NCBI RefSeq assembly: GCF_018350175.1
Contig: NC_058368.1
Location: forward strand, 206,214,001 to 206,278,000
DNA length: 64,000 nucleotides
Direction of reading: 5' to 3'
DNA from: Felis catus
Taxonomy: Eukaryota
Position numbers and translations under genes: made by a program. Positions 13,698 through 24,549 of the stretch are shown piece after piece. Below the pieces are notes generated by a model. It was not told the DNA's origin, ran no database searches, and saw nothing but the letters and a program-made list of their open reading frames with translations. The stretch's first letter is position 1, and each line of letters starts with the position of its first letter.

Positions 13698-14010
13698 GTT
13701 TGGGAAAACACTCAGGGCAGAAGAAAGGAAGAAAATTTCCGCTGAGCTCCTGGTGAATTTTCAACAGTGGGAAGAGCCCAGCAGTGGGCTCTGTCCCTGT
13801 CTCTTCCTGCTGGGGATTAACTTGGCACTCACTCATAAACACAGCAAGTCGTTCTGAGACTTAGTTCCTACCCCAACCAGATTCTCTGGGGACACAAAGA
13901 GCCTGCCCCTGTACTTAGTTGGTGTCTTGAAGCCAGATGCTTCTTATCAATTTACACAGGCCTTAGCTACAGCCAGCTGGGACTGTTTGGCAATGTAGTT
14001 CTAAGAAAAC
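13698..14010 (-). promoter_or_regulatory. C7: C7 5'UTR and proximal promoter
   Basis: 5'UTR-like CTGCTGGGCTCTTCCCACTGTTGAAAA...TCTTCTGCCCTGAGTGTTTTCCCAAAC; upstream TGTTTAT (FOX-like), TGATAAG (GATA-like) and TTCTAAGAA (STAT GAS) motifs; exact TSS not determinable. Confidence 0.6.
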
Positions 14011-14293
14011 ATCTGTAAATCAAGAAAGGCAACAAATGTTCTCAGTTCAATGTTTAAGTGATTTTCAACCAAAGGAGACCCTGTACAAGGCAAAGGATAA
14101 GCCTCCTTCCTGTTTCAATCTTCTAAATGAAATAGATGTTTTCATGATTCTCTTAAAGTGTGTTGTACACCAAACTTTGAGATGAAAGGATTTAAATTCA
14201 GTTCTGTCACTCAGGAGGTAAATGGAACATTCTGGAGTAGAATTTCCACACCTCCCCCAACAAAAAGAAAGGAAAACAAAACAAACAACACCA

Positions 14294-14294
<1 letters not shown>

Positions 14295-14342
<48 letters not shown>
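14295..14342 (+). repeat. (CA)n microsatellite
   Basis: Direct dinucleotide repeat. Confidence 0.97.
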
Positions 14343-14348
<6 letters not shown>

Positions 14349-14732
14349 TATCCTAACACAATATTACATCCATGACTCACACTTGACTTTCACAGATGGA
14401 TAAAAAAAAGCATCTTTTGCAAACATATTTAAAAGCCTCACTAATTTTTCCCAAGTGCTTTCCCTATTCCATTGACTTGCAGATCATCGTTGGAAAGTTC
14501 CTATCATGGTCATTAACTGTCCATTTTCCCTTCTTCAGTTATTGTCTTGTCTAACTCTGCTAGATCCTTGTTCTCCACAGCTTTGCATTTATTCTAGCAG
14601 TTCCCAACATCACTTCCAGAGGTTTCATGAATGCTGTATTTTATTTTTTTGCAAGATTTCAGATTTTCTATTTGTGAGAAGGCAGGGAGATGATTCATTT
14701 TCAGAAGTACCAAATAAAAGCTGTGCTGTCTA

Positions 14733-14827
14733 GGGCCATCTGGGTGGCTCAGTTGGTTAAGCATCTGACTTGAGCTCAGGTCATGATCTCATGGCCCCTC
14801 GTCAGGCTCTGTGCTGACAGCTGGGAG
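14733..14827 (+). mobile_element. 3'-truncated SINEC fragment
   Basis: SINE head present; CT region and tail absent; ends at a micro-repeat junction. Confidence 0.8.
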
Positions 14828-14879
14828 CTATTAACCTATTAACCTATTAACAATAGGTTAATTTCCAACCTATTGGAAA

Positions 14880-15285
14880 ATGTACAAACCCCCCCCCCAC
14901 CATGGAGTCCCAAATCCTTGGACATTTCACTTCCTGGTTCTTTCCCTCTTGGTTTGGCAAGGTTACTTTCGCAGTCTTTGCAATGAGCATGTGCCAAAGA
15001 ACTGAAGTCTCTGCATCACCTCAAGGAATGTACATCAGACTACTTTTTGCCTTACATGGGCATAGGCATTGTCTGGGTAAAGCTGTAACCTCTGTAGTAT
15101 TCAGCCAATGAGGAATCAGGGGAGGGACCTGAATAGTAGGAGATAAATTATCTGCTGTAACCGCCCCGAGTGTGTCTGTCCATCAGACACCTGCTCTTGT
15201 AAGAACATTGATTAAAGCGTTGCTTTACTGTGCCCCGAGTCCCCACATCCCTCCTTCGATTGGAACAGTGGGCTTATTTCTCACA
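14880..15285 (+). mobile_element. 5'-truncated ERV LTR
   Basis: CCAAT box (cagccaatga), TATA-like gataaa, ATTAAA at 15211-15216, ends TCTCACA; subfamily not identified. Confidence 0.55.
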
Positions 15286-15493
15286 CTATTAAAGCTGAGC
15301 TAGGTTTTATTCACACAGTTTGGCCAAATATTCTGACACTTGCTACTAGGGTGTTATGAGTGGGAAAGACATAAGTGTTAAGTGGGAAAGGATTTTCTGA
15401 GTTGAGTGATTTTATAACTAAACATTTCATTAGTGAATATTTCCCAGTTTTAATGATTTATTTCTTTCTTTATCCAAAGAGCTTGAAAATAGA

Positions 15494-15712
15494 TGGGGCG
15501 CCTGGGTGGCGCAGTCGGTTAAGCGTCCGACTTCAGCCAGGTCACGATCTCGCGGTCTGTCAGTTCGAGCCCCGCGTCGGGCTCTGGGCTGATGGCTCAG
15601 AGCCTGGAGCCTCTTTCCGATTCTGTGTCTCCCTCTCTCTCTGCCCCTCCCCCGTTCATGCTCTGTCTCTCTGTCCCAAAAATAAATAAACGTTGAAAAA
15701 AAAAAAAAAAAG
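15494..15712 (+). mobile_element. Young felid-type SINEC
   Basis: Near-consensus CpG-rich copy; GAAAATAGA repeat on both flanks. Confidence 0.95.
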
Positions 15713-15954
15713 AAAATAGAGAACAACCCTCACCTTTCCCTCATAAATTGACAGTGGGTTTCCAAAGATAGCTTACACATCTTTTGTTAAAACCATTAGT
15801 AATTTGTGTGGAAGAAATTTTGCCACAGAGAAGATGACCTCTAATTCCTGAAAGTTTGTTTGTTTGTTTGTTTTATTCAACTCCAATTGTATGACTTCCA
15901 GATGTTATGGACTCTTCTTACGTACTCAGTGTGCAATTCCACATTTGGGGGCTT

Positions 15955-16036
15955 AGTTTGTGTTTGTGTTCCTCCTGAAAGCAGATTCTGAGAGAGGAAA
16001 TCAATTGAAAATAGGGTTTTGGTTTTGTGTGTGTCT

Positions 16037-16085
<49 letters not shown>

Positions 16086-16570
16086 CGCTTTGGTTTGGTC
16101 TTTTGGCTTGGGTTTTGGTTGGGTTTTTTGTGAGGTTTTGTTTGTTTTTGTTTTGTTTTCCGTTTTGAGAAGTGATCCTACAAAGCATTGCTGGGAGATG
16201 GGAAAGTGAGACAAGGAAGGAGAGGTGGTCAGTAAATGGTACTTTATCATGCAAGATACCACTGTGGGAATTGGAACTCAGTCTCAATGTGGAAATGAGA
16301 GATGTTGCAGAACGCTTCTCAGAATTATTCTGACTAAAGGAATGTATCTACCAATATCCTATCATTGATTGAGGGTAGTTCCTAGACTCATCAACTCTCT
16401 GACACTTCAGTTTGCTCTGGGGGGGTAGCTGAGCACACACCTGTAGCTAGGGGGGAAAAAAGCCTTCAAGTAGATGGTTGCTGGTATTAGCAATATTTGC
16501 AGACATTTGCCTTTGTCCTGTAGCAATGAGTGCTAAGGGAATATAAGCAGGATACCAACAGCACCTCCAC
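15955..16570. mobile_element. Ancient ERVL LTR (LTR16-like) remnant containing a microsatellite
   Basis: gttcctcctgaaagcagattctgaga...gaagtgatccta...ggaaagtgagacaaggaagg resembles recalled LTR16-group sequence. Confidence 0.45.
16027..16088 (+). repeat. (TG)n(CG)n compound microsatellite
   Basis: Alternating purine-pyrimidine tract ending in (GC)6. Confidence 0.95.
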
Positions 16571-17866
16571 AGTAGCTTGTCATTCATGCATGAATGCATT
16601 CATTAATTTTTTATTCTAAATTCAACAAATATTTACTGAGGATGCATAATATAACAGGCTATAGATTTTGACAGAAGCTTTGAGCAATATCCTTTATTAT
16701 TTTCATTCCTTACATGCCATAAAGATCATATGAGCCCATTTATAAAGTATCCTTAGTCTAGAGGATGAGTCACACGCATACAGTGTGTCTACAATAACGT
16801 AGAAATTGAATTGTCCAGCTCCCAGAGACTGTATGCCAGAGATCATTTAAAAAGTTAACAAAAACTTCCTTTCCCCAAGTGCTTTTCACTCTCCCATCTC
16901 CACCACATCTTTACTCTCACATAAACAATGTTTCTTCAACAGGAGGAATGTCAATGGAGAAGTCATTGGAACAAAGGCTTTAACTGTAGGTAGGAGATGT
17001 ACTGTGGCAAATTTGACTGCTGGCATGCGTTGTGTGTAATTTATTCAAAGGACAATGGAAACTCACTCAATGGAAGTTTTAAAGAAAGAATCAAAGTGAT
17101 GTTTTCAGATGATCAAAACAGTGGTAATATGCAGACCACATAGGTAAGGAGGGGAAGAAGGACATGTAACTTGGAATTCATTTCAGTAGTCAGACAAGAG
17201 TGAATCAAAGCCTCCTCTAAGAAGGGATAGATAAAGAACCACAAGGCTGTGATTAAACGTGATTTCATGTCTGATTGAGAAAATTAGAAGAATGTAAACA
17301 AATTAATAAAGGACAGAAATAGGAAGTTGAAGAGGAAGAGGTGATTTTGGAGAGGGGACATTTTACTTTGGAGAAAATAACCAACACACAACCAGAAATG
17401 TAGATCTTTTTGGAAAGAAATATAGGAAATACCTGGGACAAGGATATAGGTAGAGCTACTGGCATGAGGACACATAAGTGAAATCATGGGAGACTGATCA
17501 CAATGAAATATAAAACAATACGATATGCCACTACTCAGGGAGCAGAAGGAAGGGAAAGAGCCAGAAAGAAGCGAGAGAGGTTACAGAAGGGGGAGGAAAA
17601 CCAAAACAATGCAGTGTCCAGCCAATTCAGGAGAAACATACAGAGAGGTCAGTCAACAGTGACAAGTGCCATACGGAATTCAAAGAGAAATAGTATTGAG
17701 GGAAAACCTCACCACTTGGCAACTGAAACATAATTAAAACATTGTGGATAAACTGAGGGCAGAGTTTCCCCACATATTTTCCACTCTGGTGCTACAAGAT
17801 ATCTCAAGAAAAAATCATTAATTTTATGTTTAATTAATTGTAAGAAGCTATATGTATTATAGAGAA

Positions 17867-18090
17867 GAGTTTCTTAACCTTTGAATTACTGACCTTTGGA
17901 GCATGATCATTCTTTGTTGGTAGAGGGGGTAGACGAAGCTTGTCCTGTGCACTGGAGGATATTCAGCAGCGTCTTTGGTATCTACCCACTTGATGCCAGT
18001 AACACTCTTCCCTAGACAGTCAAAAATGTCTCCAGATATTGTCAAATGCCCCCTGGAAGCAGAATCATCCCTCCTCCATTGAGAACCACC
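17867..18090 (+). mobile_element. MER20-like hAT DNA transposon MITE
   Basis: tgtcctgtgcactggaggatattcagcagc...ctacccacttgatgccagta...aaaatgtctccagatattgtcaaatgcccc...ttgagaaccac. Confidence 0.8.
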
Positions 18091-19032
18091 ATTATGGTGT
18101 CTACTCCTAGCCAGTACTCAGCCTTAGATTCACAAAACACATGCCACAATGCATTATAATGCATTAAATGTTCTAAAACTTGTACACGAAGTAAAATTTC
18201 TTAAAAGTTGTTTCAAACCAGAATTTTCCAAATTCATGTGACCCCAGAGCTTGTATTTCTGACAACCTCAAAAACTGGCATAGCAGATGCACTTCAGCAA
18301 ACGTCTAAGCCAATTCCGAATCAGTGGAAGAGGAAAGCAGATTTCTGCTGACTAGGGAAGGGTCCACAGGGGTTCAGCCCTCTCCCTGTCTCTTGCTATG
18401 ACACACTCCCTATTCCCCATTAGTCTTCACTTCTCTTGGTAACACCTCAAAAACCTTAACATCCCCAGACTCTAATGAAACAGATCACTGATGATACCAA
18501 GAAGCTGTTATGGCCCACCTTGGGGAGATATCTGAAAACATTTTAACAAGCCAATTTCATTCTGAATTGTTCCACTGACTCTAGCAGCAGAAGAGGAATA
18601 AACTTGCTGAGGAAGGATGAAGCCTCCTTTTCTCTCTTCTGTTGAGTCTGAGAAGGTCAGAATTGAAACTGCCAGAAGTTAGAGCAAAAAGCAACAGCAT
18701 CCCCTAGTGGCAGGCATGCTCCAGTCCCTTGAGTAAGAGAAGAGTATTAGGCCCTGGAGTTAAAACACTCAGGAGTGAAAAACATTGAATCTTAGTCTCC
18801 AAGTCAAGTGCTTGTTAAGCTAATAAGTACTCCAGGTAGTATCTCTTTTTCCATTAAAGTGTCACTGTGTGAATAGTTTGAGAATGAAAAATGGCTGCTA
18901 GGCAATACCTTATCTAAAGGAATTTTTCAGCAAAACAATGATTGTTAAATGCTTTATCATTATACCTAATAGGATGCTGCCCATCAATACTGATAGCACT
19001 GCATTAAATACTGTGATTTGTGCATTAATTTA

Positions 19033-19119
19033 TTTATTTTCTTATTTTTTAAAAGAGAAGTTTATTGAATACACTGCAAAGAAGCAGTGGGCAAGACAGC
19101 AAAGGAGAGACTGTCTGCC
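19033..19119 (-). mobile_element. 87-bp polyadenylated retroposed fragment (probably an ERV LTR R-region transcript end)
   Basis: 12-bp TSD TGCATTAATTTA (19021-19032 and 19120-19131); minus-strand AATAAA at 19061-19066 followed by an A-rich tail. Confidence 0.7.
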
Positions 19120-19869
19120 TGCATTAATTTAAAGCGAGATCACTAGATTGGCATCCAATCCCTCATAAGAATGATGTTTAAGGTTTAAATAGATTAAGAA
19201 GTATTTCCAGGTCATCATACTTTCTTTTAGACCATTGTCCTTGCCCTTTACAACACTGGACAAGCCTTTGCCCTGGTGGCCGCAGATGGCAAGGATAGCA
19301 AGGATCAAAGTACAATCAGGAAGCGATAAGACACTTTGTCGTTATGGTTTTCAATAGTGGCAGGCACTTGCTAAATTTAGGAGAAGGCCTGGATTTGTTC
19401 GGGTTTCTAGCTGTCAGCTGGGTTTTTCAGTTATCTGCAATGCACATTGTGGCAGTAGCCTGCAATTCGAAGATACATTTCATTTGGTTTAAATTTGAAT
19501 TAAGTCAAGCAGCTCTGAGAAGGAAGACACAAAATGCTAAGATTCTCATGGTTCCATAACTGAATTAAGACCCGCAGGGGAAGGGTGACTAGCAAAGGAC
19601 AAGGTCATTTATCTGATCTGCACAGTAAACTCGGAGTGTCTACACAGAGAGTTGTTTGTTGTGTTGTTGTTTTTCCAGATCAAGAATCCAGCATATTATA
19701 ACCATAAAATAAAAAGTAATTGCTTTCCCAAAATCTCAGTCTGTGCCATAATTTTAAGCTTTACCTCCTTAAGCTGCCTTTACACAGATATATTTTGATG
19801 TCAGATTTATCATTGCATGTTCCAAAGGCCAAGGAAAAATAAAGAATGAGTGTGTGGAAATAAAATCCT

Positions 19870-20100
19870 GGGGCACCTGGGTGGCTCAGTTAGTTAAGCA
19901 TCCCACTCTTGGTTTCGGTTCAGGTCGTGATCTCACGGTTTGTGAGATAGAGCCCCAAGTTGGGATCCATGCTGACAGTGAGCAGTCTGCTTGTGATTCT
20001 CTCTCCCTCTCTCTCTGCTCCTCCCCCACTCATGCACGTGTGAGTGCACACTCTCTCTCAAAATAAATAAAATTTTTTTTCAAAATACAATTTTTTAAAA
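19870..20100 (+). mobile_element. SINEC
   Basis: Head, CT tract, A tail. Confidence 0.88.
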
Positions 20101-20269
20101 AAGAAATAAAATTCTGAATTATACAACTAACTCTTCAAATGTTTGTGATAAAGTTTTAGAAAACAGTAAAGCACAGTCACAAACACATAACTAGAAACTT
20201 CTTAAAAGTAGGAATTCCCCTGAAAGCGAAAAGGCACTAATCTGTGTACAAATATCTGCCCTAAAGGCA

Positions 20270-20450
20270 GAGAGTCTGGGTTCAAATCTTGGGCAAGTTA
20301 CTCAGCCTCTTTGTTCCTCTTGTTTCCTCACCTAAAAAGTGGAAATAATATTATCTAACTGATAGGATTGTTATACGAAATAAATCTAAGTAAAGCAATT
20401 AGCACTTGCTTGGAATATACTAAGTTTAGTCCAATAAATGTGAGCTAGTA
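20270..20450 (+). mobile_element. MIR fragment
   Basis: ctgggttcaaatcttgggcaagttactcagcctct...tgtttcctcacctaaaaagtggaaataatatt core. Confidence 0.7.
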
Positions 20451-20473
20451 TGCAAAAGATTAGAAACAACCCA

Positions 20474-20580
20474 GGGGTGCCTGGCTGGCTCAGTCAGCAG
20501 AACATGTGACTCTTAATCTCGGGGGTGTGAGTTCAAGCCCCATGTTGGGCATAGAGTGCACTTTAAAAAAGAAAAGAAAA
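20474..20580 (+). mobile_element. Short SINEC whose tail received an L1
   Basis: SINE head; TSD AGAAACAACCCA at 20462-20473 and 21529-21540 encloses SINE plus L1. Confidence 0.85.
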
Positions 20581-20581
20581 A

Positions 20582-21528
20582 AACCCAAAAAACAAGTAAT
20601 CCAGTGAAGAAATGGGCAAAAGACATGAATAGACAGTTTTCCAAAGAAGGCATCCAGATGGCTAACAAACACATGAAAAAATGTTCAACATCACTCATCA
20701 TCAGGGAAATACAAATCAAAACCACAATGAGATACTACCTCACACCAGTCAGAATGGCAAAAATTAACAGCTCAGTCAACAACAGATGTTGGCAAGGATG
20801 TGGAGAAAGGGGAACTCTTTTCCACTGCTGATGGGAATGCAAACTGGTGCAGTCACTCTGGAAAACAGTATGGAGGTTCCTCAAAAGATTAAAAATAGAG
20901 CTACCCTATGACCCAACAATTGCCCTACTAGGTATTTATCCAAAGGATACAGGTGTGCTGTTTTAAAGGGACACATGCACCCCAATGTTTATAGCAGCAC
21001 TATCGACAATAGCCAAAGTATGGAAAGAGCCCAAATGTCCATCAACAGATTAATGGATAAAGAACATGTGGTATATAACACAATGAAATATTACTCGGCA
21101 ATCAAAAAGAGTGAAATCTTGCCGTTTACAACAACGTGGATGGAACTAGAAGACATTATGCTAAGCGAAACTAGAGGAAGACAAATGTCACATGACTTCA
21201 CCCATATGTGAAATTTAAGACACAAAACAGTTGAACATAGGGAAAGGGAAGCAAAAATAATATAAAACCAGGGAGGGGGACAAAACATAAGAGACTCTTA
21301 AAAACAGAGAACAAACTGAGGGTTGCTGGAGGGGTTGTGGGTGGGGGGATGGGCTAAATAGGTAAAGAGCATTAAGGAAGACACTTGTTGGGATGAGCAC
21401 TGGATGTTATACATAGGGGATGAATCACTAGATTCTACTCCTGAAACCATTATTGCACTATATGCTAACTAACTTGGATGTAAATTAAAAAATAAAAAAT
21501 AAAAAGAAATAAATAAAAAGAAAAGAAA
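20582..21528 (+). mobile_element. 5'-truncated carnivore L1 (ORF2 C-terminus and 3'UTR)
   Basis: Translates [55 protein letters not shown]-rich 3'UTR and A tail; disrupted by stops and frameshifts. Confidence 0.95.
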
Positions 21529-22494
21529 AGAAACAACCCAAACACTCATCCATAGTGGATTGGTCAACCAAATTATAGTGTACACATTACATTGAACATT
21601 ATGCAGCTATAAAAAACTGAAGTGGTTCTCTACACACTGACATGCAAATATAAAATACACTGTTAGGCAGAAAAAAGAAAAGTACAGAGCAGTAGTTACT
21701 TTGGGGTTGAAAGGAATATATATTTACATTGGTTTATACTTGCATGAAGAAACTCTGGAAGAACAAGAAAGAAACTAATAAAATCATCTCACGGGGCAAA
21801 TGTATGAAAAGGGAACCAGGTGGAAAGATGGAAATAAGATAGAAAAAGAGATGAGACTAAGGCCTTTTACCTTACACTAGTTTATATTTTTAATACATTA
21901 ATGAATGCATTACCTATTCAAAAAAGAAATTGTAGATTACTTAATTGTATTTCATTAGCTTCCATTATTTTATTATTCTAACTATAGAATAGCATCCTAA
22001 AGATTCTCTGCCCTTTGCTGGCTTGTTTGTTTATTCATTTGTCTGATAGAGCTGGGGTATATAGTAAGGATGTACATTGCAATAACAGAAACAAGAGTTT
22101 TAATGAAATGCTTCATGAATACCAGGGCCGAAGGAATGGTCTGGATGCCAGGTAGATCTGGTGATTGATAGATCTTCACTTCAGTGCACTGTTGATATAT
22201 TTCCACAATTTCTATGTGATCATGTTTAAAAATGTATCCTATTTCATTTCATAGTGAGCAGATAAATAAAGTACACTGACCATGTATACTTAAATACGCA
22301 TGAAGATGTAATAAGGTACCCATACTCATAAAGAAGGTAGTTTCGCTCTCTCTTTGCTCCTTCTTCAGCTTCTGCTAGTGTGGGCCTGCTTCTTGGGAGA
22401 ACATGGCTTGTCAGAAAGGACATCAGACAAGTCTGTGTCAAATTTAGGCTTTTACCACTCACTGTAAGTGATATCCTCTTAACCCTCAATTTTC

Positions 22495-23270
22495 TTTTTT
22501 TTTTTAAGATTTTGTTTTTAAGCAATCTCTACACCCATTATGGGGCTCAAACTCACAACCCCTAGATCAAGAGTCAAATGCTCTACCAATTGAGCTAGTC
22601 AGACATCCCTTAACCCTCAATTTTCTTAAAAAAGAAAAGAAAAGAAAAGAAAAGAAAAGAAAAGAAAAGAAAAGAAAAGAAAAGGATAAATGAGACCTTC
22701 TTTGTGGGGCTGATGAAATTCAAAATACATAAAATGCACACGAAATCATCTTGAGTACATATAGATCTCCACACCCTCCTCACCCATGAACAATAAATAA
22801 GTTTTAAAATATATGCATTGGGCGTCTGGGTGGCTCAGTTGGTTAAGCGTCCAACTTCGGCTCAGGTCATGATCTCGCAGTTCGTAGGTTCAAGCCCCGT
22901 GTACTGACAGCTCAGAGCCTGGAGCCTGCTTCAGATTCTGTGTCTCCTTCTCTCTCTGTTCCTCCCCTGCTCACACTCTGTCTCTCTCTCTCTCAAAAAT
23001 AAATAAAGATTTAAAAAAAAAATTTTAAATAAATAAAATATATGCATAAACAGGGACACCTGGGTGGCTCAGTCGGTTGACTATCCAACTTCAGCTCAGG
23101 TCAAGACCTCGTGGTGTGTGAGTCTGAGCCCCACATCAGGCTTGCTGCTGTCAGCACAGAGCCAGAGTTGGATCCTCTGTCCCCTCTCTCTCTGCCCCTC
23201 CCCCCTCATGCTCTCTCTCTGTCTCAAAAATAAACATTAAAAAATAAATAAAATAAAATAAAGTAAAATA
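22495..23270. mobile_element. Three SINEC copies (- about 22495-22610; + about 22820-23035 and 23053-23270) and a (GAAAA)n tract at about 22630-22684
   Basis: SINE heads and tails; pentanucleotide repeat. Confidence 0.85.
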
Positions 23271-24087
23271 AATACACAAACAAATATGAGCCAAAGAAAA
23301 ATTTTAGCAAAACAGTTTATCTGAAGATATTCCTCCAATGATATACAATTTGACTGACTTCCTGAGAACAATCAATCAACTTGCAATTAATCAGAAGGTA
23401 CCTGATTAATAATTAATTACCAGGGAAATCACCAACTATGTGACATTAGATTCTTAGGGGTCTGTGAAGATAGTCACCAGGAGACCAAGGGCTATTTTAC
23501 TGACCAAAATTTACGTGAACTAAAATGAGAATGTACAGATTTATCAAACTATCAAGATCCTTTTCTCTAGATTGAAATGATATCAACTAGCATTGTGAGT
23601 GACAGTGCAGTTCATACCAGTGAGAAGGTCCAGTTGACAGTTGCATTATTACAACTTTGGTTGAGCAAAAAGTGAAATCAGTTATGTTAACAAATGCTTT
23701 TATTGTTAAAAAAAAAAAAAAAAAAGTCTTCCAAAACATGTGGCCCAAAGCAAGGTGAAGTGAAGACAGCAGACAGCACCTCTTTGGGGAAAAGTTGGGA
23801 AGAACTTGACAGAACATCCAACACTTAATGTGGAGTCAACAGAGGTTAGTGCTTCTCTCATCAAGACTAAAATGGGGAAACCTCAAAATTGTCCAAACAC
23901 AGGACAAACTTCTCTCTTCACAGGGGAAAATGAGCAACACTCTTGAATTGCATAAAGCAGACCCATGAAAATGGAAACCTTTGTTGATGTTTTATCTGAA
24001 GTGTGTCTGAAACTGCCACTTACTTCCCCTTCCCCATAGAATGGACCCAATGTATTTAGCCAAGGTAGGTTGAAGAACATGTACTCT

Positions 24088-24313
24088 TTTTTTTTTTTTA
24101 ATTTTTTTTTAACGTTTATTTATTTTTGAGACAGAGAGAGACAGAGCATGAACAGGGGAGGGGCAGAGAGAGAGGGAGACACAGAATCTGAAACAGGCTG
24201 CAGGTTCTGAGCGGTCAGCACAGAGCTCGACGCGGGGCTCGAACTCACGGACCGCGAGATCATGACCTGAGCCGAAGTCGGACGCTTAACCGACCAAGCC
24301 ACCCAGGCGCCCC
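24088..24313 (-). mobile_element. Young SINEC
   Basis: TSD GAAGAACATGTA(C/T)TCT at 24072-24087 and 24314-24329. Confidence 0.95.
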
Positions 24314-24549
24314 GAAGAACATGTATTCTAATGGGATGGGCAAATACATAAATAAATCAATGAAACACAAGGTGATAAGGCACCTCTGAATCGCTCGTTT
24401 TTTCCTCCTTCTCACTGCCTCCCACACCCAATCATTCAACAAGTTCTGTAGAATATTCTTCTGATTTATACCCTCTGCATTCATTCATACTGTCAGTGTA
24501 TAGTCATGCCCTCCATATTGTTTGCTCCCTTATTGCTTGTCTGGTGTAT

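Noticed and set aside
18697..18712. CTCF-like CCACTAGGGGATGC
   Set aside because: Mismatches at the highly conserved GGC positions
20474..21528. SINE-L1 chimera (one TSD encloses both elements)
   Set aside because: An A-rich repeat AAAAAGAAAAGAAAA flanks the L1 alone; insertion into the SINE tail is simpler
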